Under the pieces are notes generated by a model. The model saw nothing but the letters and a program-made list of their open reading frames with translations, was not told the origin of the DNA and made no database searches. 64,000 nucleotides of DNA from Candidatus Chisholmbacteria bacterium. GTDB lineage: Bacteria; Patescibacteriota; Microgenomatia; UBA1400; Chisholmbacteraceae. Location: contig CAVPHZ010000001.1 of NCBI GenBank assembly GCA_963704905.1, positions 707,438-771,437 of the forward strand, read 5' to 3'. The first letter of the stretch is position 1. Every line of letters begins with the position of its first letter. Below are positions 1 through 9,731 of this stretch, one piece after another. Both the position numbers and the translations under genes were made by a program.

Positions 1-1334
1 ATGTAGAAATGATCAATGTATTGATGGTGAGCTGGTGATGTCGTCGCAATTTTACGGTCAATATTTATGCCATTGATGCCCACAAAAACCGCTAGTGAAG
101 CAAACCACATGGTTGCGAACAGCCGTTTTTCGTTGAAGCGTTTACTCAGCGTGAGAAGTAGTAGGGTGAGCAGGAAGATTGCGATCCAGAAGAGGAAAAA
201 TATACCAATGATACGGACCCGAGTCAGGCCATAGATATCGATATACATGAGATTTCTTTTTAAGGCGGAGAGTAGCATGAGGAACAATTCAGAGGTCAGA
301 ATGACATTGATGAGTTTGAGACTGAAGGCTGATTTTTTTCTCAGACGATATTTGAGAACAATGATATACGCCATGAGTCCGCCGAGAAAGGTTGTGATGA
401 GGAGCTCAGTAAAGCCTTTACGAACGTACTGAGAATATGTAAGGCCTAGGGTAATGAATGACTCTTGGGAGGCGAAGAGGTAGCGAGCTTGAATGATAAG
501 AAAGGTGGTGAAGAGAGCGACAGCGATGATGGTGGGAATTACCAGGTCTTGCAGTGAGAAAAAAGTTAGACGGAAGCGGTTCTTTGGGTGAGTTTTGAGA
601 CGTAGCGAGAGGATGATAGCTGTTGAAATTACAATGACAATTGACCAGGCAATTCTACCGAATGCTTGTTCCACGATGTTTTCCATAAGTTGTTTGAAGA
701 TCGGGTCGGCAGCAGAGAGGAGTGAGCCGAATATTACAAACACTAAGAGGCTGAGGATCGTGGTTTTGAGAATACTCATTATTGATAGATGAGATGGTTG
801 TGTGTCGGAACTTCTGGGTTTAGTTACAAGTTGAATCACATGGCCAAGGTATTTGAATGGCAGGCGAATGAGATTCTTTAGTAGCCAAAGGAGTTTCCAG
901 TGAAGGTGCTCATAAATCAGGATAACAACCAAAAGAAGGTTGGCGGTGTTTGTAAGCAAGAGGTTGATGCTTTGAACAAAACCATTGGCTCTCAAGATAG
1001 GTAGGGAGCTGGCGACTAGGCTAGTCAGAAACAGAGAATAGGTAAAGGGTGAACGTTTTTCCTTTGGGAAAATGATCATTAGACCGAGAAGAAAAAAGAG
1101 ATTGAAGAGCGCAAAACCAAGGAATGGGAAATGTTGTGGAGAGGTGCCATAGATAAAGAGGTTGTATGCAATGATAATGAGGAAGAAAAGGATAGAGATG
1201 TGTTTGGGATAATCAGGAGATTGGTCAGGAATGAAGAGGTTTTTTAGGCGAGCTTGATTGGTAAAGAGTACGTAGGCAAAGAACACTACTCCAGCTAGAG
1301 CAATGATGAGAAAGATCATGAAGAAGATACCCAT
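1..1334 (-). CDS. DUF4173/DUF4153-like multi-pass membrane protein, 3' end runs off the window
   Basis: Absent from the ORF track because it has no stop in the window. Read by hand from ATG at 1334 (MGIFFMIFLII...). Contains LLSAADPIF, LTYSQYVRKGFTEL and YGLTRVR motifs and many hydrophobic segments. Confidence 0.75.
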   Translation of the reverse strand, partial: MGIFFMIFLIIALAGVVFFAYVLFTNQARLKNLFIPDQSPDYPKHISILFFLIIIAYNLFIYGTSPQHFPFLGFALFNLFFLLGLMIIFPKEKRSPFTYSLFLTSLVASSLPILRANGFVQSINLLLTNTANLLLVVILIYEHLHWKLLWLLKNLIRLPFKYLGHVIQLVTKPRSSDTQPSHLSIMSILKTTILSLLVFVIFGSLLSAADPIFKQLMENIVEQAFGRIAWSIVIVISTAIILSLRLKTHPKNRFRLTFFSLQDLVIPTIIAVALFTTFLIIQARYLFASQESFITLGLTYSQYVRKGFTELLITTFLGGLMAYIIVLKYRLRKKSAFSLKLINVILTSELFLMLLSALKRNLMYIDIYGLTRVRIIGIFFLFWIAIFLLTLLLLTLSKRFNEKRLFATMWFASLAVFVGINGINIDRKIATTSPAHHQYIDHFY

Positions 1335-1627
1335 TTTGAAGATTTATTATATCATTCTGAGGTTTGAGTGATGTGTGTTGAGCGGTTTTGTGGAAGTTTT
1401 TAGACCAAGGTTTAGTTTTTATGGAACTTCCATTTTAAATATGATTGGTATATCAGTGAATATATTTGCTTGACAAAACTTCAGAATACTATTCAATTGT
1501 ACTTGTTTTATATTTATAGTCGTTTTGCGTGATTTACTCATTGCGCAACTCCAAATCACATCTTTTAGACCCTGTAAGTTGAGAATAAGATGGGTCTTTT
1601 TAGAGAGTTCGAGAGGAGGTGAGAACG

Positions 1628-1738
1628 ATGCCTGCAAAGAAGAAAACAGTAAAAAAGAAAGTAGTTAAGAAGAGAAAAGTAGTAAAGAAGAAAGCTGCTC
1701 CTAAGAAGAAAACTGGTGCAAAGAAGAGAAAGAAGTAG
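1628..1738 (+). CDS. 36-aa Lys-rich, histone-H1-like basic peptide (MPAKKKTVKKKVVKKRKVVKKKAAPKKKTGAKKRKK)
   Basis: Strong SD AGGAGGTG 6 nt before the ATG and an intrinsic terminator immediately downstream. Below the ORF-track size cutoff. Confidence 0.75.
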   Translation: MPAKKKTVKKKVVKKRKVVKKKAAPKKKTGAKKRKK

Positions 1739-1760
1739 CTTCCAAATTATTTTCCTGAAG

Positions 1761-1790
1761 CGGCGCTTCTTGGTAAGCGCCGTTTTTTTT
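1761..1790 (+). terminator. Intrinsic terminator
   Basis: CGGCGCTT-loop-AAGCGCCG stem followed by a T8 tract. Confidence 0.85.
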
Positions 1791-1847
1791 GTTATGACTT
1801 CAGATCACTGGTTTTTTTTAAGCCATTGATATGAATTATGAAAGGGG

Positions 1848-2156
1848 GTGAGTGGAATGGAAGGATTTATGGATTTTATTCGAAAGCAAGGGGTCGTTGG
1901 TTTGGCGGTTGGTTTTATTTTAGGAGGAGCGGTTTCGAAGGTGGTTTCATCACTCGTTGAAGACATTATAAATCCAATTCTTGGCATCTTTCTCGGTGCA
2001 GCAGGCGGTTTGGATAAATTATCGCTCAAATTTGGAACTGCTGAGATTATGCTAGGGAGTTTTCTTGCTGTGGTGATTGATTTTCTGGTGATTGCATTGG
2101 TGGTCTACTATGGAGTTCAAAGCCTGGGTCTCGAAAAGCTTGATAAAAAGAAATAA
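1848..2156 (+). CDS. mscL: Large-conductance mechanosensitive channel MscL
   Basis: F..FIRKQGVVGLAVGFILGGAVSKVVSSLVEDIINP motif and two TM segments. True start may be the ATG near 1857. Confidence 0.9.
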   Translation: MSGMEGFMDFIRKQGVVGLAVGFILGGAVSKVVSSLVEDIINPILGIFLGAAGGLDKLSLKFGTAEIMLGSFLAVVIDFLVIALVVYYGVQSLGLEKLDKKK

Positions 2157-2184
2157 TTTTACCTGAGGAAAATAACACTTGCTT

Positions 2185-2207
2185 AAATCCCGTTTCCGGC
2201 GGGATTT
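2185..2207 (+). terminator. Probable terminator hairpin after mscL
   Basis: AAATCCCG-loop-CGGGATTT inverted repeat followed by pyrimidines. Confidence 0.55.
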
Positions 2208-2268
2208 CTCTTGATCGCTTTTCTGAGTTGTGATATACATCGTGAACGTTTTAGAAATTAGATGCCTT

Positions 2269-2784
2269 ATGAAAGTTGAAACACTTGCTGATCGAGAGAA
2301 ACAGTATTGTTTAGCGGTTGATACACTTCTAGATAGGGATCAGGTGTTTTTGGTCGGCGGTCGTGATTTTGTTTGGAGTAATGAAAATACCTATGGTGCG
2401 TTATGTATTGTGCTTCTCCACTTTGGGCATGGTCGTAGAGAGATTGAGTTACCAGAGAGGTACGCACCGCTGACTACTGCTAGAAAGCATTCGTATTCTG
2501 AGGTTGGAATACAGTCGGTGCGACGAGCTGCACTTGAATATCTTGTTTGTCGAGAACATCTTCCCGGAAAAGTCGTTGAAGAGAGCGGTGGTACTTTTGA
2601 GGCAGTAACTAAAATATTACAGATTTTTTCAAGAGAGTATGACATGGACCTGTCTGATCAAGTGGGGGTTATTTTTACGAATCCAAGAAAAAAAGGTAAG
2701 GAAGTCGAACCTGAAGAAGTCCAGCTTATCTTCAGGGATGTTTTTGCGACACTTTATCCCGAATTACCGCAAAGTAAGGAGTAA
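2269..2784 (+). CDS. Hypothetical protein
   Basis: Open frame of about 170 aa; ATG start chosen at MKVETL. No recognisable motif. Confidence 0.6.
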   Translation: MKVETLADREKQYCLAVDTLLDRDQVFLVGGRDFVWSNENTYGALCIVLLHFGHGRREIELPERYAPLTTARKHSYSEVGIQSVRRAALEYLVCREHLPGKVVEESGGTFEAVTKILQIFSREYDMDLSDQVGVIFTNPRKKGKEVEPEEVQLIFRDVFATLYPELPQSKE

Positions 2785-2842
2785 AGTTTCTATTCTCGGT
2801 GTCAACTTTATTGGGTTTGCATGAACGCGGTATACTGAATCT

Positions 2843-3187
2843 ATGCGACTGGTTTTTCGTCTGTTTGTAAATGCGTTTGCGGTCATGGTGGCAACCTATT
2901 TGTTGCCTGGTGTACATGTGGAGGGATACTTTGCTGCGTTTGTTGTGGTAATCGTGCTTGGGGTTCTTAACTCTTTTGTAAAACCAGTGCTCCATTTTTT
3001 TGCGTTGCCGATAACGATTGTCACGCTGGGTTTGTTTTCCCTGGTGATTAATGCTTTTGTGGTGATGTTGGCCGATTTCTTTGTGCGCGGGTTTGCTGTA
3101 GAAGGCTTCTGGTGGGCGTTAGGTTTTAGCTTACTACTTTCGTTGATATCTTCATTTTTGAACTCACTTTCCAATAAGGCTGACTAA
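2843..3187 (+). CDS. YvlD-like / 4-TM phage holin family membrane protein
   Basis: VLGVLNSFVKPVL..FALPITIVTLGLFSLVINA motif; TATACT ends 6 nt before the ATG. Confidence 0.85.
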   Translation: MRLVFRLFVNAFAVMVATYLLPGVHVEGYFAAFVVVIVLGVLNSFVKPVLHFFALPITIVTLGLFSLVINAFVVMLADFFVRGFAVEGFWWALGFSLLLSLISSFLNSLSNKAD

Positions 3188-3205
3188 GTTAATCTAACCT
3201 ATACT

Positions 3206-3685
3206 TCATTTTCGTGATTCTCTTGCCTCTGATGATGTGAGCATCCATAACTGTGGAGTGACGATAATGTATGGACTTCTTCCACTTACAATTCTGACAT
3301 ATTCACTCATATCCCACAGTGATGTAATAGCATCTGGAAATATTTCCTGTTGAAGTCGATCATCCAGGTGCGCTGGAGGCGCTTGGTCAATAAATTGCTG
3401 AACTCCACGCTCAACCATGAGAACAAAACGGAATGGTTTTACCAGTGCAAGTGGACCCTGTATGAGCGGTTTCTCGGATGGGTGAGGCCGAGAATTCATT
3501 CCCCAGTAGTGTTTTGTGGCTGTCATTGTCAATATATCACTGGCTAGAATATCAGGATGCCGAGTGAGTGCTTCTCTAAATGTACTTCGGTGTTGACGAG
3601 CAAATTTTTCAAGGTTATCTAAATACGGTTTCCATTCATGGCTGGGATAGTGAAGTGCGGTTAAGTTTTCTGCGGTGGTTACCAT
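3206..3685 (-). CDS. Hypothetical protein
   Basis: 159-aa ORF whose start overlaps the stop of the upstream glycosyltransferase (translational coupling). Confidence 0.6.
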   Translation of the reverse strand: MVTTAENLTALHYPSHEWKPYLDNLEKFARQHRSTFREALTRHPDILASDILTMTATKHYWGMNSRPHPSEKPLIQGPLALVKPFRFVLMVERGVQQFIDQAPPAHLDDRLQQEIFPDAITSLWDMSEYVRIVSGRSPYIIVTPQLWMLTSSEARESRK

Positions 3686-5043
3686 TAGTTTTTACCTATC
3701 TGGGATATGCTGTTGTGTAGTCTTTTCCAATCTATCTTGGTTATGGAAAGTAGTATAGCTGATATTGTGTAGGCTTCAATCATGATGACAATGGTGAGCG
3801 CTGGGAGATAGTAGCGAGGCCAGTCAGTATAGAGATACGCTCGAAGGCCAATCATGGTAGTTAGCATCCACATGAGAAGGAGTGTTTCCATTGGAACCCT
3901 ATATTGGTGTTTTTTCTCAAGACTTTTCTTGAGCAGTAGTAGTGAACCAATACCAAAAAGCATTGCGTTGATTGGTAAGGTTCCGAACCTTAATAATGAG
4001 AATTCTCCTTTTTCGAAGAAGAGATTTTGGTAGATGAAGTCGTTTACCAGCAATTGACTCTGGATTGGTCTCTCGGTGCTGGGAGATGCTCGTGATTGCT
4101 CATAGGTAAAGCGATGCGTGAACATCTCAGCCATACGTTTTGGGGTATTTGTATAGAGATAGGGATGCAGCGAGATGAATATGATGAGTGCTGAGATGAG
4201 TGAGATGACTCCTGATACGATTAGCTTTGTGAGCAGTGTTTTCTGCCATTTGTTTTTTGAAAGAATGAAGATATAGGTGAGTAATGCAAAAGGGATAATA
4301 AGAATGCCAGTGGTTTTGGTGCTTACAGCGAACCCGAGATTGATACCGATTAGCAGGCTTACTAAGAGGAACTGTTTACTGGCCTTTTTCGAAATGAGCT
4401 CTATTTGTTTATTTATGAAGATGAAATTCAGCAGAAAGAACAACAATTGCATCGCGTCAGTCATAGCTCGGCGTGAGATGGTGAGCATCAGACCATTAGT
4501 TGCTACCAGAAATGTGGTTGTGAGACTATAGAAACTGCCTAGAAGCTTTTTGGTGATGATGGCAATGTATATGAGCGCCAAAAGAGCGAAGACAGTGGAT
4601 GTTTTTCGTCCGAGATAGATAAGTCGGAACACACGATGGCTTTCACCACTTTCTAACCAAGTAAGTGCATTCATGATCTCTTGGTCTGTTGAGTTCAGTC
4701 GGAAGATTGGCATTAAGTTAAAAAGCTTGATCGTTTGAAAGTGGGTCTGGATGTTGGGGATACCTGCAATGTGCAGTGCAGCGCCATAGATGTAGGGTCC
4801 AAGCTTTGGTTGAAGCGGTTCCGCGAGGAAACCATCTGACTTATACCACCTTTGATCTGGGATGTTTCGTTCTACAAAGAATAAGTCGAAATAATAACTT
4901 TTTCCAATAAATAGCCACTCGTCAATGTAGAGTGGGATTTGGTCTAGGCTTGAGAAGTACGCGACTGATATGGCTATGAGCAAGGAGACAAGAAGCGTGT
5001 TGGTGATGAAATGAGCTCTGAATTGTTTGAGAATGGAATTCAT
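3685..5043 (-). CDS. GT-C fold, lipid-carrier-dependent glycosyltransferase (PMT/ArnT-like)
   Basis: YIDE motif after TM1, QPKLGPYIYG, RRAMTD, STKTTG, WPRYYLP; multi-pass membrane protein. Confidence 0.8.
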   Translation of the reverse strand: MNSILKQFRAHFITNTLLVSLLIAISVAYFSSLDQIPLYIDEWLFIGKSYYFDLFFVERNIPDQRWYKSDGFLAEPLQPKLGPYIYGAALHIAGIPNIQTHFQTIKLFNLMPIFRLNSTDQEIMNALTWLESGESHRVFRLIYLGRKTSTVFALLALIYIAIITKKLLGSFYSLTTTFLVATNGLMLTISRRAMTDAMQLLFFLLNFIFINKQIELISKKASKQFLLVSLLIGINLGFAVSTKTTGILIIPFALLTYIFILSKNKWQKTLLTKLIVSGVISLISALIIFISLHPYLYTNTPKRMAEMFTHRFTYEQSRASPSTERPIQSQLLVNDFIYQNLFFEKGEFSLLRFGTLPINAMLFGIGSLLLLKKSLEKKHQYRVPMETLLLMWMLTTMIGLRAYLYTDWPRYYLPALTIVIMIEAYTISAILLSITKIDWKRLHNSISQIGKN

Positions 5044-5044
5044 C

Positions 5045-6448
5045 TCAACTGCCTATTGCTGATTTTCTTGATTTGCGACTTGATCGTTTTTGAAGCATCT
5101 TGTCTACTAGCGCTGTTGAAAATTCTGCAATTGCATAGGCCTGCGTAATGGCAATCACTGAGACCATGGGGAGATAGTATCTTGGCCAATTGTTTTTTAG
5201 ATAGAATACTAAACTCAGAAATACGACGATCGTCCAGAGAAGAAGCAGAGCTTCACCAGCGATTTGTTTGCTTTTCTGATAGCGTACAAGCGTGGATTCG
5301 AAAAGATACCAGAGACCGGAGATAAATAACACAAGATCGACAGGAAGTGGTCCCAGGCGGAAATTCACAAATGGACCATGGGTTGGGGAAAGTGTTTGGC
5401 GGATAATGAGTTTGATAGCCTCGCTTCTCGTGTAGATCGCATAGGAAGGATTATCCTGCCAATATTGTTTTGCACTATCCAAGCGATTGGTAAACATCGA
5501 GATAAAATTGCCAGCTGGGTTGTGATAGAGATATGGATGAAGGATGACAAACAGGCTGAAAAAAACAATAAGAACAATGGCGAAACTTTGTATCAATGGA
5601 TTGAATGATTGCTTTTGCAGATGAAGTACTTTGGACAGGCCAGCAAAAAAAGAAGCTAGGAATATCAACAGAACTATTGCGCTAATCTTCACACCAACTC
5701 CAAAGGCGATACTCAAGCCGAGCAACAGACTTTGAGGTACGAGTTTCAAGGTTTTGCTGGTATTGAATTTCTTGAGGATTTGGAGCGAAAGAAAGAGCGT
5801 TGCGTACATGGCAAATAACTGCATTGAATCCGTCATGGCTCTTCTGCCAAAGCTATACATGAGGGGATTGAGGCTCAGGATAAGGGTTGCCAGGAAAGCA
5901 AAGAGGTATCCTTTGACTTGTTTGCAGATGAAAAAAACTATAAGGAAAGTCGCCAGGGAAAAGGTTACTGCAGTTCTCCGAGTCATCCAAATCAACTCCA
6001 GTTTGGGGATGAGCGATTCTTTAAGATTTTCCAATGGCTGGTTCCAGAGAAGAATCCACCAAGCACGCCCATCTCCTTCATCATTAAACCTTGTTTCATT
6101 AAATTTCTGGTCGATATTATCAATGCCATTCAGGTGGAGGGTGAGTCCGTAAAGGTAGGGACCAATTTTTGGCTGGTCTGGATTATCAATATTGCCGTCA
6201 TACCAACGAGGATCTTGAACATCCCTATTTATAAAAAAAAGATCGAAAAAGTAACTTTTTCTGGTGAACATATACTCGTCAGCGTGGAAAGGATGGGTAG
6301 TCAGATTCATGAAGTACATATGCGTGATGAGGAGGAAAGCGATGCCTATTACGCCTGGTTTGATGAACCGCTTGGAGAAGAATCGATTCAAGGACGATTT
6401 TAGGAATGCATTTCGTTGGAGCTGACTGGTTTTTTTTATTACTCCCAT
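5045..6448 (-). CDS. GT-C fold glycosyltransferase, tandem paralog of the preceding gene
   Basis: HADE, DQPKIGPYLYG, RRAMTDSMQLF and WPRYYLP motifs shared with 3685-5043. Confidence 0.8.
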   Translation of the reverse strand: MGVIKKTSQLQRNAFLKSSLNRFFSKRFIKPGVIGIAFLLITHMYFMNLTTHPFHADEYMFTRKSYFFDLFFINRDVQDPRWYDGNIDNPDQPKIGPYLYGLTLHLNGIDNIDQKFNETRFNDEGDGRAWWILLWNQPLENLKESLIPKLELIWMTRRTAVTFSLATFLIVFFICKQVKGYLFAFLATLILSLNPLMYSFGRRAMTDSMQLFAMYATLFLSLQILKKFNTSKTLKLVPQSLLLGLSIAFGVGVKISAIVLLIFLASFFAGLSKVLHLQKQSFNPLIQSFAIVLIVFFSLFVILHPYLYHNPAGNFISMFTNRLDSAKQYWQDNPSYAIYTRSEAIKLIIRQTLSPTHGPFVNFRLGPLPVDLVLFISGLWYLFESTLVRYQKSKQIAGEALLLLWTIVVFLSLVFYLKNNWPRYYLPMVSVIAITQAYAIAEFSTALVDKMLQKRSSRKSRKSAIGS

Positions 6449-6903
6449 GGGTAGACTATCCAGATGTGGTTGTCAACTTTTCTTGCATACAGATCGGGTT
6501 CAATTTTTGATCTGGGCTTGTAGTGGAGGACAGCGGTGGTGATTGAGGCCGGCAGTTTCTCTTGTACTATTTCGATTGCTTTTGAGATTGTTTGACCACT
6601 ATCAGCAACATCATCGACGATCAAGGCATGTTTGGATTTTATTTGGTAGGAGTTCAGCTGCGAGATTATTTTGACATCTTTTGCCTGGTAGCCGGCTTTG
6701 CCTTCCTCGATTATTTCTTCCAGCTGGAGGGTGATGATGTGAGGGTTGTTTAGGTATTTATTGGCGAGGATGACTGCGGGAGGGAGACCGCCTTTGGTGA
6801 TGGCGACGATGAGATCAATGTTTTTGTTTTTGAGCTGTTTTCCGAGTGTTTGGCAGTCGTGTTCTATATCATTCCAAGTGAGATGTTGTTTGGTTGAAGT
6901 CAT
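6439..6903 (-). CDS. Type I phosphoribosyltransferase (xanthine/hypoxanthine PRT-like)
   Basis: IVAITKGGLPPA, PRPP-binding LIVDDVADSGQT and C-terminal WIVYPWE. Confidence 0.9.
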   Translation of the reverse strand: MTSTKQHLTWNDIEHDCQTLGKQLKNKNIDLIVAITKGGLPPAVILANKYLNNPHIITLQLEEIIEEGKAGYQAKDVKIISQLNSYQIKSKHALIVDDVADSGQTISKAIEIVQEKLPASITTAVLHYKPRSKIEPDLYARKVDNHIWIVYPWE

Positions 6904-7037
6904 GAGGATATTGTAACAAGTTTGACAATGTTAATTATTGTTTAAAACTCTTGAGCATATCGCTGTTGCTGAGAGACTGGTGTCTTTCTCTGTAGTACTA
7001 TTGTGTTGAATAGAGTTCACGATCCCTTCGTTTTCAC

Positions 7038-8449
7038 TCAGGGCAAGCGTGAAGTTCGATCTAGGCTTCGTGGAGTGACGACGTAGTTGATGTATTGCTG
7101 CTTATCTTGAGTAGATGGGTTGAGAGCTTGAAATGTGTTTTCTAGCCGAAGAGTTTGAGTTATTTGATCCCAGCCGGAGAAGTGGCTTTGTTCAAGCGCT
7201 TCGATTGCATCAAGGTAATTTCTTCTACTCGCCCAGAATGAGAGCACCGGTCTTACATTTCCCATGGCGAAGCGGTTGAGATCGATCTGCATTCGCTGCG
7301 GAGTTCCTAGGAGCAGTGCAATACTGTCTGCAAAGCGGCTGGTGAGAACCGGTGCTACTTTGGCTGCCGACAGCGTCGATTACCAGACCAGGTCCATTTA
7401 CCATCATGAAATCATTTCCAAAGTGAATGAGGTCGCCTCCGAAGTAAGCGGTGAGTCTTTTTAGTGAATCTGGATCCTCAAGATTGAAGACTGACACAGC
7501 CAAGATCCTCGGCAGCTTTTTCTTGCACGTGGTATTTGGCAATGACGGCTACGTTGTGCATTTCCCAGCCAAGCTGTGAGAGCTCATCAGCAGTGTTGAG
7601 CCCCATGTTTCCGAAACCAATGATCACTGCTGGTGTGTTTGGTTGTATCAGGTGGTTGGGACCAATGACTTTTTCCAGTCCTTGCTTCACACAGGCGCGG
7701 TTGTCGATGCTGGCTGCTTTGGCGAGTGGGAGTTGGTGGGGTATCAGCTGAAACTCAGGATTTACGGCTATGAATTCAGCAAACCCACCACCGAGTTCTG
7801 AGATTGTTCTCCCTTGTTCGTCTACCGCTATCGCACCGAAACCTAGGGCAAAGCCGCGAATTTGTCCTGAATCTGCTCTAGATTGCCAAAAGCGCTGGCA
7901 GTGGTTTTGGTTGCCTGCTTGACACTGAGTACAGAGAGGTTGATTTACCGCTTTATCTGAGAAAAGCGGGTAGACCGCGTGGCCAGGAACAAGGATCTCG
8001 TGGCCAAGCGTCCAGGAGTGGAGAGCTTTCCCTGGGTGAGATAGTGCAGGTTGCGAGTATTTTGCAAGAGAACGTACTAATGTGTCCTGCAACTTGAGCA
8101 ATGTACTTTGGTTTGAAGTATCAGGAGCGAAGGCCAGGTTTGACAGCGCAAGGTCAAGATTCACGAGCGCTTTGTCAGTACCACAGACTCGGGCGGCTTC
8201 AATTGGCAGGACTTCCATCCCAAGAGCTTCAAGAGTCTTTGCATCAGGTTTTGGGGCATCGCCGTCGTATTTGGCCAGTGGAAGCCGTTTTGCCAGTGTT
8301 TGAGAAAACGCTAGGATTGTATCTACCTGCAGGAGACGGGAGTCAAGCGGGATCGATTCTATTCCAGGAATTGGCGTGAAGCGGACGGCGCGTTGAGTGG
8401 TTATTGGTCTTTCCGGGTTGTTAAGGTTGAGAACTTCTTGATGTCTCAT
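7038..8449 (-). pseudogene. Zn-dependent medium-chain dehydrogenase-like gene split over three frames (pseudogene or consensus error)
   Basis: VCGTD, LGHE, CxxCxxGxxNxC, GGFAEF and IIGFGNMG motifs in 7478-8449; continues in frames 7225-7542 (VIDAVGS) and 7038-7292. Confidence 0.65.
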
Positions 8450-8553
8450 TTAATTGTCCGTATTGTAGCAGAGCGTTTCTTGCTTCATATTAAATCTCTT
8501 TTTTTTGTCGAAAAAGCGGGAGCTAGTTACATATTAGCACTCTCTGCAACTGA

Positions 8554-8582
8554 TTGACATAATAGACATTCCATGGTATTAT
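8554..8582 (+). promoter_or_regulatory. Sigma70-type promoter
   Basis: TTGACA (8554-8559), 17-nt spacer ending TGG, then TATTAT (8577-8582). Confidence 0.75.
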
Positions 8583-8587
8583 ATAGG

Positions 8588-9118
8588 ACATTGTTAGGCT
8601 AATTGTCTAACATTGTAAAAGACCCTGTGAGCGTAAGCGAGCGGGGATTTTAAAAGGATTTAGAAGGCGAGACACGGAAGAATAGGAAAGGCCCTTCAAT
8701 TTGCCATTTAGGGCAGATTTCAGGGTAAAGGCAGCCGCAGGTCGGAGGCCAAACAAGCTTTGGAAAGGCGGTTTGGGCGGACTCTTTTTTTGTGGGTTTA
8801 ATCCTGAGTAGATTACCCATTCCCCAGATCATAATTTCCAAACAACCGTTAGCAACTTGATAGCAGGAATCTGGCTAGGAACATACGCCTTTCCACCCCC
8901 GAGAGGGGGGATCGTTTCTAGCCAGGTTCTTGCTATTAACCCTGTAAGCACTCCGTGTGTAAAGGGCAAGGCAAGAATACACCTCGAGGTGTTGACTAAG
9001 ACACTTGAGGAGTACCTGGGAGTAAGCAACCAGAGGGCAATCCGCGCTTACCTGGTTGGGACTTTCAGGACTAGCACTTTAAAAATCTGCGGAAAGTCTA
9101 TTAAAAAATAATCCTTTT
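8588..9118 (+). ncRNA. Candidate large structured RNA of unknown family (about 530 nt)
   Basis: Nested long-range stems, a 26-bp helix whose only non-Watson-Crick pairs are G-U, and GNRA loops; begins at the predicted transcription start; no credible ORF. Confidence 0.6.
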
Positions 9119-9731
9119 CTCCTGGCTTCCGTCATGATTAATGATGTGATTCAGGGCAAACAACCTGGTGGATTTTTTGATACGTTGGTGATTTTCACTT
9201 GAGGGACCTAGAAGCTTGAATGCTTGGTTTTCATGAAAAATCAGTAAAACCTTCATGAAAATGTTATAGGTCAATGATTGGGTGGTGCTGTGGATATTTG
9301 GTAAGAGTGCTGATAGCCTGGAGTATTTTGGCTATATCAAGTGTCCAGAGTACCACTCAATCGGAAGGTGGAGTAACACAAAGAAAATGATTCATTTAGC
9401 CAGGTGAAGCCTGGGAAAGGAGAATAGTCGTGGAAAGTGATGGGACAAGTCTGAGGTGTTGCCAGTTCGGATGTTTTTTTCCCATGGCGAGTGGTCAGCC
9501 CTCTGGGCTTCACTTTCCTGGTCAATGGGGATGACCGTGCATTTATTGTTTGGGCTATTGTTTCAGCTAATGAGTCTTCTCAGTTCGTATCTGAGTTGAG
9601 AGGACAGAAGGGTGACGTTTGGCATTTGGTTCTTCTGGCGTTGGGGACGATTGTCAATCTGGTAATTACCATCATTGGGATTGTAGAGTTCGTGTCGATT
9701 TGGATCTAGTTCAACTGCTGATTCCGTTAGA

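Noticed and set aside
2843-3187. Prophage inferred from the holin-family gene
   Set aside because: YvlD-like genes are common chromosomal genes and no other phage genes are nearby.
8588-9118. RNase P RNA, tmRNA or retron msr-msd
   Set aside because: GGAAAGTC occurs only near the 3' end with no partner P4 strand; there are no tRNA-like termini and no adjacent reverse transcriptase. A divergent known family cannot be excluded without a covariance-model search.
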